Positions 38,060 through 47,587 of a stretch of 64,000 nucleotides of DNA are shown piece by piece. The stretch is from IMG/VR virus record IMGVR_UViG_3300037069_002825, positions 1 to 64,000 of that record, one strand, 5' to 3'. Made by a program: the position numbers and the translations under genes. Within the stretch, counting starts at the first letter, position 1; each line of letters opens with the position of its first letter. This DNA comes from a virus. Below the pieces are notes generated by a model that was given only the letters and a program-made list of their open reading frames with translations, had not been told where the DNA came from and made no database searches.

Positions 38060-38684
38060 TTATGGTTGTCGCCGGCGTGAGTCGTAGGGCTTTGTGAGGA
38101 AGGCCCAGAATGTCCGTGGGTCGCTTAGGTCATAGCCCATCGCCTCGCCGCTACGTTCCTCGGCGATCGACCGGTCGATGATCGGCCGGCCCTCAACGGC
38201 CGCGACAGCCTCGACGTAATCGGGGTGAATCTCGACGCCCCAGTAGCCCCAGTGGGTCGGGTCGAGCGACTCGAATCGACCGCCGTTGCCCGCTGCGATT
38301 TCCACGGATTCCCAGGTCGGCATTGACAGCTCCAGTAGCTCGTCGTCGGGCGTGACGGCCCAGGCGTGAGTGGTGTAGTGGCCGAAGCCGGACGAGTAGA
38401 CCCCCCTCGAAGTAGCGAAGAGCCGGGTCGATGCGCACGGCAGCGATCGCATTTTCGAAGCACCGCAGGTTCTCACCCATCAGGTGCCGGTACTTTTCGG
38501 GCAACACTCGTCCCGCGAAGAAGCGGCCGTGCTTGAGCAGAATCTCCGCCGCCCCGGCATAGACGGTGCCGGAGGCACGGGGCTCACGGAGCCACTGGGC
38601 CACCCGCCGTTCAAGCTCTCGCCTGAGGGCGATGCGGTTACGGTCGGCTGGCGTGGTGCCGGTGAGGTCGTTGAACAGGCTCAT
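38060..38684 (-). pseudogene. Frameshifted papain/transglutaminase-like protein
   Basis: CFENA..RYFEG in one frame joins VYSSG..THAWAV in another at a G6 run (38401-38406). Confidence 0.6.
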
Positions 38685-39370
38685 CGGGTCTCCGGCCTGT
38701 AATTAGGCCCGGTGCTGATCCCGGGTCGCCAGTCGCGCTGCGAGCCCTTGCTGTCATCGAGGCCCAGCTCTTTCAGCCGGCGCCGGCGTTCCTCGTCGTT
38801 CAGCATGAGACCTTCGGGGAAGCCCACGGAGATGGCTTGACCGGCGGCCGTCACCCAGATGTGCGTCTGGTCCGCCTGGTCTACCAGTCGTGCCTCGGCC
38901 GGGAACAGCTCGAAACCCTCGCGACCCCAACCACAGATCTCGTTCTTGATCGCCTGGAGATCGCGCCAGTCATGCGCGGGCGTCTTGTCCCAGCGCTTGA
39001 TCGACAGGTGCATTGGCCCCGCGCGCCCACGGTCGCCGAGATACATAACCTTCACTTCGTATTCGTCATTTTTCCACACCTCGTCGATGGTTTCGGCGAT
39101 TACGAGTTGCTCGTGGTTTACCTCGCCGCGCTTGAGGGGTTGCCATGGGAGTCGGCCGCTCAGCACCTCGAATAGCAGTCTCAGTCGATCGCGCTCCTCG
39201 ACGATCGCGGATACCTGGTCCCACGGCACCCAGCCTTCACCGCGCGCTTGAACATTATTTACGCGCGGCCATTTGCGGCCGGTCCGTTCGCTTTCGTGTT
39301 CACCCCTGTGATCCGGCGGGAGCCAGCACACCCCGTGCTCGCCGCTTATGCCGCAACGCTCACGACTCAT
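38681..39370 (-). CDS. Conserved phage protein (DUF7694-like)
   Basis: HLSI.R.D....DW.DLQ.IKNE.......E.FP....LVD.....H.W. Confidence 0.7.
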   Translation of the reverse strand: MSRERCGISGEHGVCWLPPDHRGEHESERTGRKWPRVNNVQARGEGWVPWDQVSAIVEERDRLRLLFEVLSGRLPWQPLKRGEVNHEQLVIAETIDEVWKNDEYEVKVMYLGDRGRAGPMHLSIKRWDKTPAHDWRDLQAIKNEICGWGREGFELFPAEARLVDQADQTHIWVTAAGQAISVGFPEGLMLNDEERRRRLKELGLDDSKGSQRDWRPGISTGPNYRPETR

Positions 39371-39412
39371 CGGTGTGCTCCTTACGGCGCCGCTGGTCGG
39401 TCGTACACCTCA

Positions 39413-40498
39413 TCACAGCCTCCTTGCTCGGGCCACGCCCGTCGGTGTTAGTTCACGGCCCTGCGGCGATACTTGGACGAGCCCCTGCTGGAGCAACCAC
39501 GGCTCCACAAAGAGCGCGACGTTCTTGGTGTCGCGCGAGAAGCCGAGCGCGGTGGCGATCGTGTTGACCGAGGCTCGATACTTCGTCTCTCCGCCGACGA
39601 CCCGTTCGGCCGAGAGTAGAAACCGCAGCATCCGCTGCATCGGCATCGTGAGCCCGTCGAGCGTGGTCGAGTTGAGGTCGACCACGACTTCCCTGGCGAT
39701 CTCCCCCCCGATCAGCCCCTCGGCCAGCGAGCTGGCGTTGCGGAGATAGCGGTTGAGCTGGCGCGGGTTGGCGCGCGACGCCCCGGCGAAGATGCGCGCG
39801 GCCACGGCCGTGAGCCCCAGACCCAGCGCAGCGGCGTTGTGGCGGGCCAGCACGGCCATGTCATCGGTCGTATAGGGGTCGAGCTGGGGTTGGAGCGGAA
39901 ATCGCCCCAGGAACGGCTCAGGAAGCAGCCCCGCGTCGGTCGTGCACCCGATGATCGTGATCGCCGGGAAGTCCACGACCCCGGTGCTGGTCACTAGCCG
40001 GCGGTCCTCCATGACCGAGAAGAACGCCTCGGGGTCGGCCGCCTGGGTGATCCCACGTCGATCGCCGCTGACCTGCATGTGGATCTCGTCCACGATCACC
40101 ACGTCGCCATCCTGGGCCACCTGGCGCAGCTGCTCGAACACATCGGTGGTCACGGGTGCACCCACCTGGAAGACTCGGCGCCCGGATTCATGGGCGATCA
40201 CCTGGCCGAGCGTCGTCTTTCCGGTCCCCGAGGCACCGACCAGCAGGATGTGATCCAGGGGCCGCCCGCTGGCGCGAGAAGCGCCCACGATGCGCCCCAG
40301 CAGCCGCTTGAGCCGCTGCTGGCCCACCATGTCGGCAAAGGTCTGGGGCCGCAGCTCGTTGGCCGAGCGCGATTCGAAGTCGAGCGGGGCGATCGTCGTG
40401 CGAGCTACCTGCTCCTCCGGCACAAGCGTCAGCCGACGGGCCATGTGCTGGGTGGCCTTGGCGCGGTCACGCTCCATCACGTCTGCGAGCGTTCTCAT
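39413..40498 (-). CDS. ruvB: RuvB-like Holliday junction branch-migration ATPase
   Basis: LRP.TF...VGQ, LDH.LL.G..G.GKTT, DEIH, MED, C-terminal EP.LLQ.G....P.GR. Confidence 0.88.
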   Translation of the reverse strand: MRTLADVMERDRAKATQHMARRLTLVPEEQVARTTIAPLDFESRSANELRPQTFADMVGQQRLKRLLGRIVGASRASGRPLDHILLVGASGTGKTTLGQVIAHESGRRVFQVGAPVTTDVFEQLRQVAQDGDVVIVDEIHMQVSGDRRGITQAADPEAFFSVMEDRRLVTSTGVVDFPAITIIGCTTDAGLLPEPFLGRFPLQPQLDPYTTDDMAVLARHNAAALGLGLTAVAARIFAGASRANPRQLNRYLRNASSLAEGLIGGEIAREVVVDLNSTTLDGLTMPMQRMLRFLLSAERVVGGETKYRASVNTIATALGFSRDTKNVALFVEPWLLQQGLVQVSPQGRELTPTGVARARRL

Positions 40499-40740
40499 GC
40501 CTCAACCCCGGTTCTCTTGTGGGTTCTCATGTGGTCGAGGACGGTACCCCAGTCTTGCTCGGGCTTGCCGCACTCGATGCATCGAGTGGGGTCTTCGCCC
40601 GGCGCACGTTGAGTCAGCGGTTCCCAGTGTCCGGCGGGCGCAGTCTCGATCGCGCAGCGACCGCAGAGCGACCACTTGCGTTTGTGGTGACGGAAGCCGA
40701 TCACTGGCATCCCGGCGGTGTGGGTGACAATCGACCCCAT
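40495..40740 (-). CDS. Small zinc-binding protein
   Basis: Two CxxC motifs. Confidence 0.5.
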   Translation of the reverse strand: MGSIVTHTAGMPVIGFRHHKRKWSLCGRCAIETAPAGHWEPLTQRAPGEDPTRCIECGKPEQDWGTVLDHMRTHKRTGVEA

Positions 40741-40741
40741 G

Positions 40742-41386
40742 TTAGGGTTTCACCTTTCTGTACTCCGCGATGCCCCAGACGATTGCCCAGCAGCACCAAA
40801 GATAGTGGTTGTCCCACTCACGCATGTCATATTCGTATGCGTCGCGGATGGTAAGCCGGTCGTGCTCGAACCCCTCCAGTCGTTCGATGGCCGCGCGCCG
40901 GTCACATGGCTCTTCGACGTCAAGGAGCTGTTCCCTTACCGCCAGCCGTAGGTCGGCGACTACTCGCAACCCCGGGTCGCCGGGGTCGCCCTCGTCCACG
41001 CCCTCCCCGATCTCCTCGACCGCTTCCTTCAGCCATTCCTCCACGGTACGCCGATAGGCGTCAACGGTGAACACGCGGGTCGCTGCGCGGTCCGGGCGCG
41101 AGGTGATCTTCTCGGCCCAGTAGTCGGGACTGATGGTGTCCGAACCACCAAAGAAGTCGAACATATCGGGGATGCGCGAGAAGGTGTGATCCTGAACATC
41201 CCCGGCAATCGCAAGGTGCCCGGGCCAGGTGATGATGTCGAAGCCGTAAATGTAAGTGCGCGGTGCCTGGAAGCGAAGGTGTCGGTAGAGGCCCTCGTCG
41301 TGAAGGACGCGCATCTCGTGTTGCTCCGTATCGGCACGGAAACGCTCCCGTGCCACCATGTAAGGGTCACCACCGCCCATCATCAC
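40742..41386 (-). CDS. Conserved phage hypothetical protein
   Basis: H.M.VL.D.G.YRHLRF...FD.ITWPG.L...GD motif. Confidence 0.7.
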   Translation of the reverse strand: MMMGGGDPYMVARERFRADTEQHEMRVLHDEGLYRHLRFQAPRTYIYGFDIITWPGHLAIAGDVQDHTFSRIPDMFDFFGGSDTISPDYWAEKITSRPDRAATRVFTVDAYRRTVEEWLKEAVEEIGEGVDEGDPGDPGLRVVADLRLAVREQLLDVEEPCDRRAAIERLEGFEHDRLTIRDAYEYDMREWDNHYLWCCWAIVWGIAEYRKVKP

Positions 41387-42378
41387 TCACCACCCAGTCC
41401 TTTCAGTTGCTTGCGCATCAGCTCGATAGCCTGATCGACCTCTTCGCTCTCGTCGGCCAGCGCGGCGTTGTAAGCGGCGGCCCTGCGTTGAAGTGACCTG
41501 AGCTTCGACCAGTGCACCTGGATCACGTTGCCACGGATAGCCTTGGTGCGGTCCTCGTAGGCGAGCACTTTGCGCACCTCCTCGATCGCCTGCTTGCTCT
41601 CTTCGAGCGCGCTGGCAATGTGGTGGCGACGAATCAGCTCCCGCTCACTGGCGCCATCGGCCAGTGGGACCGAATGCAGGTAGCCCCGGTGCTCGCTAAA
41701 CAGGCGGTCGAGCACTTCGGACAACGCCTCGACCTGCTCAGCGTGCCGCGCGAGCACAAAGTACACACCTCCAGCCTGACCGCGAAGGCTAGTACCTGAC
41801 AGCCCGACGATCCCACGACCCTCGTCGCTGTCCTGCTTGATGTAGTTGCGGATGATCCCACGGACCTTGCGACCCGTGACGCTCTTCGCGTACTTCTCCA
41901 CATAGTTATCGATCTCCGTCATCATCGGCAAGCACTCCGCGCGTGGCACGCCGCCGAGCACGTAGTATTTCACCTCGTCTGTTTCCTTGTTGAAGATGAC
42001 ACGCATGGCTCGGGGGTAATCGACGGCCTTCTCCTCCAAGTCACGAACAACCCGGCTGATCTGATAGACGATCTCCACCTCACCGTTCACTACGTCCACA
42101 ACGTCTGTCTGCGTGATCGTGCGATCGGGATTGGTCACGCGAGCTTCCTGGGCACGCATCGCGCGCCGGAAGATATCGGCGGCCTTCTGATCGCGCGGCA
42201 ACGGCTCGGGATCGAGGCCGGCGAGTAGCCACTCACGACGCAGCTTGCTGATCTGTACCGGCTCCTCCGGCATCGAGAACCAGCACACGTAGCCAAGCGG
42301 TTTGATCTTCGAGTCCTTGCTTACTGCCACCAGCCCGTCAAGGTTCCTCCCCGGACGGGAGGTGGTCGCGGACGACAT
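41383..42378 (-). CDS. DUF6744-like protein
   Basis: LG...WFS.....L......GL....P.....D.FRRA; GG.YFV; usual neighbour of AAA+/VWA pairs. Confidence 0.6.
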   Translation of the reverse strand: MSSATTSRPGRNLDGLVAVSKDSKIKPLGYVCWFSMPEEPVQISKLRREWLLAGLDPEPLPRDQKAADIFRRAMRAQEARVTNPDRTITQTDVVDVVNGEVEIVYQISRVVRDLEEKAVDYPRAMRVIFNKETDEVKYYVLGGVPRAECLPMMTEIDNYVEKYAKSVTGRKVRGIIRNYIKQDSDEGRGIVGLSGTSLRGQAGGVYFVLARHAEQVEALSEVLDRLFSEHRGYLHSVPLADGASERELIRRHHIASALEESKQAIEEVRKVLAYEDRTKAIRGNVIQVHWSKLRSLQRRAAAYNAALADESEEVDQAIELMRKQLKGLGGE

Positions 42379-42413
42379 TTTTGGTTCTCCGTTCATCGAG
42401 TGTTAGTTGGAAA

Positions 42414-44102
42414 TCAGGATATGTGTGTCGCGAGCATCGTCGTGGCGTCGCTCGGGTCAGTAAGATCGAAATCGCTGACGGGCACGACGTGCTCGCAGTA
42501 TTGGTCCAGGTAGTTGAAGCTGCCACCGATGCCGATGCCCCACAACCTGACCCCCATTTCTGTGAGCTGATTGCGCAGGCGCTCATCTTCGACGCTAAAG
42601 CCGGCCTCGCCGTCGCCGACCATGACCAGATCGGCCTTGCGGAACTCCGGCGCCTCGGACATCACCTTGGCCGCAGCCTGCACGCCGATCAGCGGGATGG
42701 TGCCGCCACCGAAGAAGTGAGAGCACATCTCCACGAGCAATTCGGGATCGAGGCCCTGCTTAGCCGGGAACATCCACTGTTCCGTCGAGCCGGAGAACTC
42801 GATGAGGCCAAAGTCTCGCTTCTCGGTCCTCGCGATGTGGAGTAGGCACATGGAGATCGCTCGCGCCCACACGTTCCGCTCACCGTCCATCGAGCTGGAG
42901 CCGTCAACGATCATGAGGATCGGACCACGACCAGCGTGCTCCTCCCCGACCGTGGAGTACACCAGCAGCTCGCTGCTCACGTACCGGGACAGGAAGTCGT
43001 CCTCCAGGTCGGCGTCCGCAAACGCGGCCAGCTCGCCAGCGGTGATGCGGTTCAGGGCGTCACCGAACTTGACATCCACAATCTCGTCCTGGCCGCCAGT
43101 GACACGCTTCGAGCGGTGGAAGCGGATATCGCGGTCGAGCCGGCCAAACATCTCGGCCATGCGCTTCAGGTCGGGGTTGTTGGTCCACTGCTCGGCGATG
43201 CTCAGCGCCTGCTCGGGCGACTTGTAGTGAGGCTCACCCGCGCCGAAGCCCTGGCCAAAGCTCGGGATGCCAGCGCCAGATTCCGCCGCTTCACCCCCCG
43301 CAGCCGCCGCCTGGGCGATGGCTTCAGCCGCAGCGGCAGACATTGGAGTGGCAGATTCGGCAGCGCCGATGGCCTGCTGTTGGGCCTGCTGCTTGGCCTT
43401 CACCTGTTCGGCGATCTGTTCCTTCAATGCCTGGGGTATCGGCTGGCCGTTTTCGTGGTGGTTGCGCGCTTCCTGGCGTAGACCTTCCAGCCCCTGCATC
43501 GCGGACTGGGCCTGTTCGCGCATCTGTTCGTATTCCTGCGACTCGCGCGCCTGCACCACAAGCTCCTCGGTGAGCGTGTCCTTGAGCTTGTCGAGCACGG
43601 CCATCGTCGCCAGCGCGGACATCGCGGGGTCCTCGCGGGTGACGTTACGAGACTGTGCGTGGTCGTCCGTCGAGAAGAGCTTGGGCAGGATGCGTTTATG
43701 CAGCGAGACGCCGGGGTCGACCGGATCATCAACGAGCTTGGGCTGTTCCCGGGAGTGATAGCTGTAGAACACGTCCCGAGTGAGGTCAGCCCAGGCCTTG
43801 TACGGCTCGGCTTTTTCACGCGCAGCCTTGGCGTCACGCGCAGCCTTCTGATACTCCTGGATCTCTTGCTGCGAGGCGGTGGTGATGTCGATCATGTCCG
43901 GCTCCGGCACGTCGGGCACGATCACCGGCGCCTCTTTGACGGCCATGCGCTGGAAACGCGGGCTGTCTTCCACGTAGGTGTTGTGCTCCAGTTGGTCGAT
44001 CGAATCGTGAGCGACCACAGAGCGGTCCAGCTTCACCTTAGGCGCAGCGATGCGCTGTCCGGCGTGACCGAACAGGCGCTGTAGTCGCTCACTGATTGGC
44101 AT
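42414..44102 (-). CDS. VWA-domain protein (ViaA-like)
   Basis: MIDAS DGSSSM, GGT, GDG. Confidence 0.85.
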   Translation of the reverse strand: MPISERLQRLFGHAGQRIAAPKVKLDRSVVAHDSIDQLEHNTYVEDSPRFQRMAVKEAPVIVPDVPEPDMIDITTASQQEIQEYQKAARDAKAAREKAEPYKAWADLTRDVFYSYHSREQPKLVDDPVDPGVSLHKRILPKLFSTDDHAQSRNVTREDPAMSALATMAVLDKLKDTLTEELVVQARESQEYEQMREQAQSAMQGLEGLRQEARNHHENGQPIPQALKEQIAEQVKAKQQAQQQAIGAAESATPMSAAAAEAIAQAAAAGGEAAESGAGIPSFGQGFGAGEPHYKSPEQALSIAEQWTNNPDLKRMAEMFGRLDRDIRFHRSKRVTGGQDEIVDVKFGDALNRITAGELAAFADADLEDDFLSRYVSSELLVYSTVGEEHAGRGPILMIVDGSSSMDGERNVWARAISMCLLHIARTEKRDFGLIEFSGSTEQWMFPAKQGLDPELLVEMCSHFFGGGTIPLIGVQAAAKVMSEAPEFRKADLVMVGDGEAGFSVEDERLRNQLTEMGVRLWGIGIGGSFNYLDQYCEHVVPVSDFDLTDPSDATTMLATHIS

Positions 44103-44121
44103 GGTGGTCCTTCCCCCCCCT

Positions 44122-44535
44122 TTAGGAGCTGTAGGTCGCCCGCTCGTTGTCGGTGGGATAGATGACGCCCAGCTCAGGGTCGTCTACCGAGAAGGCGATA
44201 AAGTCGTCGCTTGCGGCGGCGTAACGGTTGATCGCCCGTTCGAGAAAGCTCACGCCGTAGGGCTGTGGCGCGGGCTTGGCGGGAATCGCGGTCTTCGTGA
44301 GTGGGAGCACTAGGACTGTTCCGACATTCCTCCTCTCCTCGAAGGGAATCGCGGCGCCGCCGCTTTCCAGCTCGTCGGCCATCGTCCGGAGCGCTGTGAC
44401 TGCCTTCGGGCGCAGTCGCTCGATCGCGGCCTCGCGCTTAGCCGTCCAGCCGTCACGTTCTCGTACGAGCCTATCCCGCTGCTTAGTCGCATCCGAAATC
44501 AGCTTTTTCCTGTCGATCTTGATTTTCGCGGCCAT
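44122..44535 (-). CDS. Hypothetical protein
   Basis: SD GGGAG. Confidence 0.6.
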   Translation of the reverse strand: MAAKIKIDRKKLISDATKQRDRLVRERDGWTAKREAAIERLRPKAVTALRTMADELESGGAAIPFEERRNVGTVLVLPLTKTAIPAKPAPQPYGVSFLERAINRYAAASDDFIAFSVDDPELGVIYPTDNERATYSS

Positions 44536-44563
44536 GTTGCTCCCTTTTTGTGGTGGTGGATTG

Positions 44564-45784
44564 CTAAGCGGCCTCGCCGGTGAGGGCCGTCTCGGCCCAT
44601 TCCAGCGCGGTTGCGATCTGCGCAGCGACCCCTTCGAGCATCGTCACGTCCTGGCCCTGTTTCTTGCCGTCAGCGATGGCGGTGGCGCTGTTTTTACGCA
44701 GCTTGCGGAGGTTGCGCATCAGCTTCCAGCCGCTGTCCATCAGCTCGTCCTTCTCCTCCTCGGTGCCGGCGCCTTCGAGGTTCGACTTCAGCTCTTCCAT
44801 TTCGAGGTTGATCGGCTCGAATGCCTCACGCAGTTCCGTCGCCTTGCGAGTAAACCTGCTAGCGAACTCCAAGATCACGTTGCGCGCCGAGTCGATGTCA
44901 TCGGGTCGATCCCAGGCCATGTGCTGGCAGGGCAGCAGATCGTCAGACGCCACGGTGGTGCGTTCGTTTGACCATGCGCGCGCCTTGATGACCTTCCACA
45001 TCTGCCCGATGCGTCGCTGGCTGGGAGGATGGGAGGCCTCAAGCCATTTCGCCTGAGCATTGACCATCGTGTCGCGGATCGCGTCCGGGACCTTGACAGT
45101 GCGCACCTCCTCGCGGATGGCGTAAATCTCTTCGAGCGACAGCGGTTCGAGGCCGGTCGTGTCGATCCCTTCGCTCTGGAAGTCCAGCTGGATGTCCGTG
45201 ACCGCGCGCCGGTCTTCCGGCGAGCGCACTTCCTTCACGATCTTGGTGATCCCGATACGGTTACGGAACGCAGCGAGGTCCTCGCGGTCGGGCAACTCGT
45301 TGGAGGACATCAGGATCGCCAGGAGCTGTTTGCAGTCCTGCACCACACCACCAGTCTTTAGGATGCGGTTGGCGAGCAGATCGAGCAGCGGGTTGAGCAT
45401 CGGCGGTGAGGCCTTGAACACCTCGTCGAGGTAGGCGTAGTTTGCCTCGGGGAGGTAGCCAGCCGTGAGACGAGCGATCTTGCCTTCCTTCATCGCCATG
45501 ATGTCCCGTGGTCCCAGCACCTCGTCTGCCGATTGGTCCTTGGCGAGCAGGTGCGAGAACAGTGCGCTTTCGGTGAGACACTCGTTCACCAGAAGCTCGA
45601 TCATCCACGTCTTGCCAACGCCGGGATCGCCGAGCAGGAGCATGTCCACGCCCGAGATCGTTGCAAGGCCGAGTAGTTCGATCTCCTCACGTCTGTCGAT
45701 GTTGTGCCGGTCGAGGAACCCGTCGGCGCCAAAAATTGTCTGGTAGCGCTGAACGAGCGTCTGCTGTGCGGTTGCGGTTGCCAT
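44564..45784 (-). CDS. MoxR/RavA-like AAA+ ATPase
   Basis: GDPGVGKT, DEVLGP, GYLPEA, LDEVFKA, LN.LL, SNELP. Confidence 0.88.
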   Translation of the reverse strand: MATATAQQTLVQRYQTIFGADGFLDRHNIDRREEIELLGLATISGVDMLLLGDPGVGKTWMIELLVNECLTESALFSHLLAKDQSADEVLGPRDIMAMKEGKIARLTAGYLPEANYAYLDEVFKASPPMLNPLLDLLANRILKTGGVVQDCKQLLAILMSSNELPDREDLAAFRNRIGITKIVKEVRSPEDRRAVTDIQLDFQSEGIDTTGLEPLSLEEIYAIREEVRTVKVPDAIRDTMVNAQAKWLEASHPPSQRRIGQMWKVIKARAWSNERTTVASDDLLPCQHMAWDRPDDIDSARNVILEFASRFTRKATELREAFEPINLEMEELKSNLEGAGTEEEKDELMDSGWKLMRNLRKLRKNSATAIADGKKQGQDVTMLEGVAAQIATALEWAETALTGEAA

Positions 45785-45786
45785 GT

Positions 45787-45978
45787 TTACCCCTGCTCCT
45801 GTTCGTATTTCACTTGCCGTTCCGCGATGCCGATTAGGTCATCCAGCATCTCCGCCATGCGCTGTACCGAGGCGCGGGCTTGGCGGAGGACTGCGCCGGT
45901 TCGCTGTGAAAGGTGTAGCGATCCTTCACGTCGATTGCAGGCTTGCCGTCGCGAAGCACGATCGATTGATCTGTCATG
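45787..45978 (-). pseudogene. Small gene with apparent 1-nt frameshift
   Basis: MTDQSIV...SEPAQ continues as VLRQARASVQRMAEM.. in another frame. Confidence 0.4.
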
Positions 45979-46195
45979 ACCTTTGTACCTCCTCGTTGTC
46001 GGTCTCGATCTCTTGCCAGTGGTGGCCCGGGTTGCGCGGGTGATCGTTGCGGCCCACCCTGGCCTCCTCCACCGTGTACCACGACAGCGAGTCACTTCGA
46101 TACTCCTCCCTGATGACACCCATGATGCGCGCCATCGCAGCGGGTGAAAGCTCGCCGAGATAGATCCGGTTGAATGTGCGCTGCCCAATGCCCAT
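45974..46195 (-). CDS. Hypothetical protein
   Basis: ORF in operon. Confidence 0.5.
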   Translation of the reverse strand: MGIGQRTFNRIYLGELSPAAMARIMGVIREEYRSDSLSWYTVEEARVGRNDHPRNPGHHWQEIETDNEEVQRS

Positions 46196-46247
46196 CGTTA
46201 CTCGCTTTCGTTGTGCGGCTCGTGAAGTTCCTGCGCCTCGGAGTGAT

Positions 46248-46607
46248 TTATGCGCACGATTGCACCGTCTCGCGGCCGCTAACCAAATACTTGCCGCCGG
46301 TCTTGACGTGGAAGTCGTCAAAGCCGTTGTATGGCCCAATGATCGCCTCTCGGTCGATCAGGTAAAGCTGAGCGATCCATTCGCCCCACTCATCCCACGT
46401 GGCGCCATAGCCGTGGCCGGCACCTACGGTGCCGCTGTTGCGCCGCCGCCGCCCGGGAATGGGTGCCGCGTCGAGCTGAACCTCATAGGCACGATCGCGC
46501 TTCCTCGATCCGTGGAGGGTCGATTCGACCGTGATGTCTTTCAACCCTGCGCGTTCGAGCGCAGCTGGGAAGTCGTGATAGTGCAGCTTGGCGGTGTGGA
46601 CTCTCAT
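46248..46607 (-). CDS. Conserved actinophage-type hypothetical protein
   Basis: HGSR....A.EV.L...ATWDEWG.....LY..D motif; SD AGGGAG. Confidence 0.6.
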   Translation of the reverse strand: MRVHTAKLHYHDFPAALERAGLKDITVESTLHGSRKRDRAYEVQLDAAPIPGRRRRNSGTVGAGHGYGATWDEWGEWIAQLYLIDREAIIGPYNGFDDFHVKTGGKYLVSGRETVQSCA

Positions 46608-46642
46608 GGCAACTCCCTTGTAAAGTTCGCGGGTTCGTGTAA

Positions 46643-47041
46643 CTACCAATCCATACAGCGGTGTATGTCGTCGCCCTCGCGGGCTTTGCTTATCCCCTTG
46701 ATGTCGAGTACCTTCGCCGCTTGGTCTGGCGAGAGGCGATAGAAGCCGCCCGTGCAGTTACGCTCCCAGGAGAAGAAGCACTGTGGCTTGAATCCAAGCG
46801 CCGAGACCATGCTGCGTCTGGCCCTGTGGCTGGTCGCCTTGATAAGTACCGTGGCCGGTTCGTCGGGCGTCTCGTCGACGATCCCCCACCGACCCACCGT
46901 GTTGCCGTTGGCGTCGGGCACGCCACCCTCCCAGTAGCCTTCGCGGAGCGCCTCAGCGACGCCGTAGACAGCCTGAGCTACATCCTCCAGGTCGCTCATG
47001 GCATCGTTGCCGAGCTTGATCTGGACGGTGAGGACTGACAT
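46643..47041 (-). CDS. Hypothetical protein
   Basis: SD GGAGG; N.A......D.NGN.VG.W motif common in phage early genes. Confidence 0.6.
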   Translation of the reverse strand: MSVLTVQIKLGNDAMSDLEDVAQAVYGVAEALREGYWEGGVPDANGNTVGRWGIVDETPDEPATVLIKATSHRARRSMVSALGFKPQCFFSWERNCTGGFYRLSPDQAAKVLDIKGISKAREGDDIHRCMDW

Positions 47042-47229
47042 GGAGGGCCTCCGTAGATTCATAGGTGTTTGTGGCGATGTCCGGCGCGTTTGTGGACGGC
47101 TTCGGCCAATATACACGAACGTTCAAGGCTGGGAAAGTCGGAATGCGGGGAGCGGTGATGTACCACGGTCAACGGGGCTTGTTCGCGGCTCCGTTCGTAT
47201 AGCGACTCACCCCGAGCGGCAGCGCGGGA

Positions 47230-47251
47230 GCGAGCACCCGAAGGTGCTCGC
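47230..47251 (-). terminator. C(UUCG)G-capped hairpin
   Basis: Minus strand GCGAGCACC-TTCG-GGTGCTCGC, just after the stop of 47266-47550. Confidence 0.5.
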
Positions 47252-47265
47252 AGTGCGCGAGATGT

Positions 47266-47550
47266 TCAGGATCGAGCCGCGCGAAGCTGCTCGATCTCAG
47301 CGTCTGTGATGACCTGACCGAGGATGGCGGCGCCGACGTAGCCAAGAGGCGTGCCGGTCATCGTGGAACCATCCACGTGAATGAGGTGCGGCGCGCCAGT
47401 CTTGACGTGCACGCCGCGCGTGACGAAACAACCTTCGCCAGTGACCGCGCGAGGCGCGCCGTCGTCAATGCGAAAGGCAGGCGGGCGCCGCGCGACCGTA
47501 AGAAGCTCGGCCACGTGCGATGCGTCGGACTGCTTAGCAGCTGCGGGCAT
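47266..47550 (-). CDS. Hypothetical protein
   Basis: SD GGGAG. Confidence 0.55.
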   Translation of the reverse strand: MPAAAKQSDASHVAELLTVARRPPAFRIDDGAPRAVTGEGCFVTRGVHVKTGAPHLIHVDGSTMTGTPLGYVGAAILGQVITDAEIEQLRAARS

Positions 47551-47587
47551 TGTGAATTGCTCCCGTGTTGGTTGGATGCTTACACAG

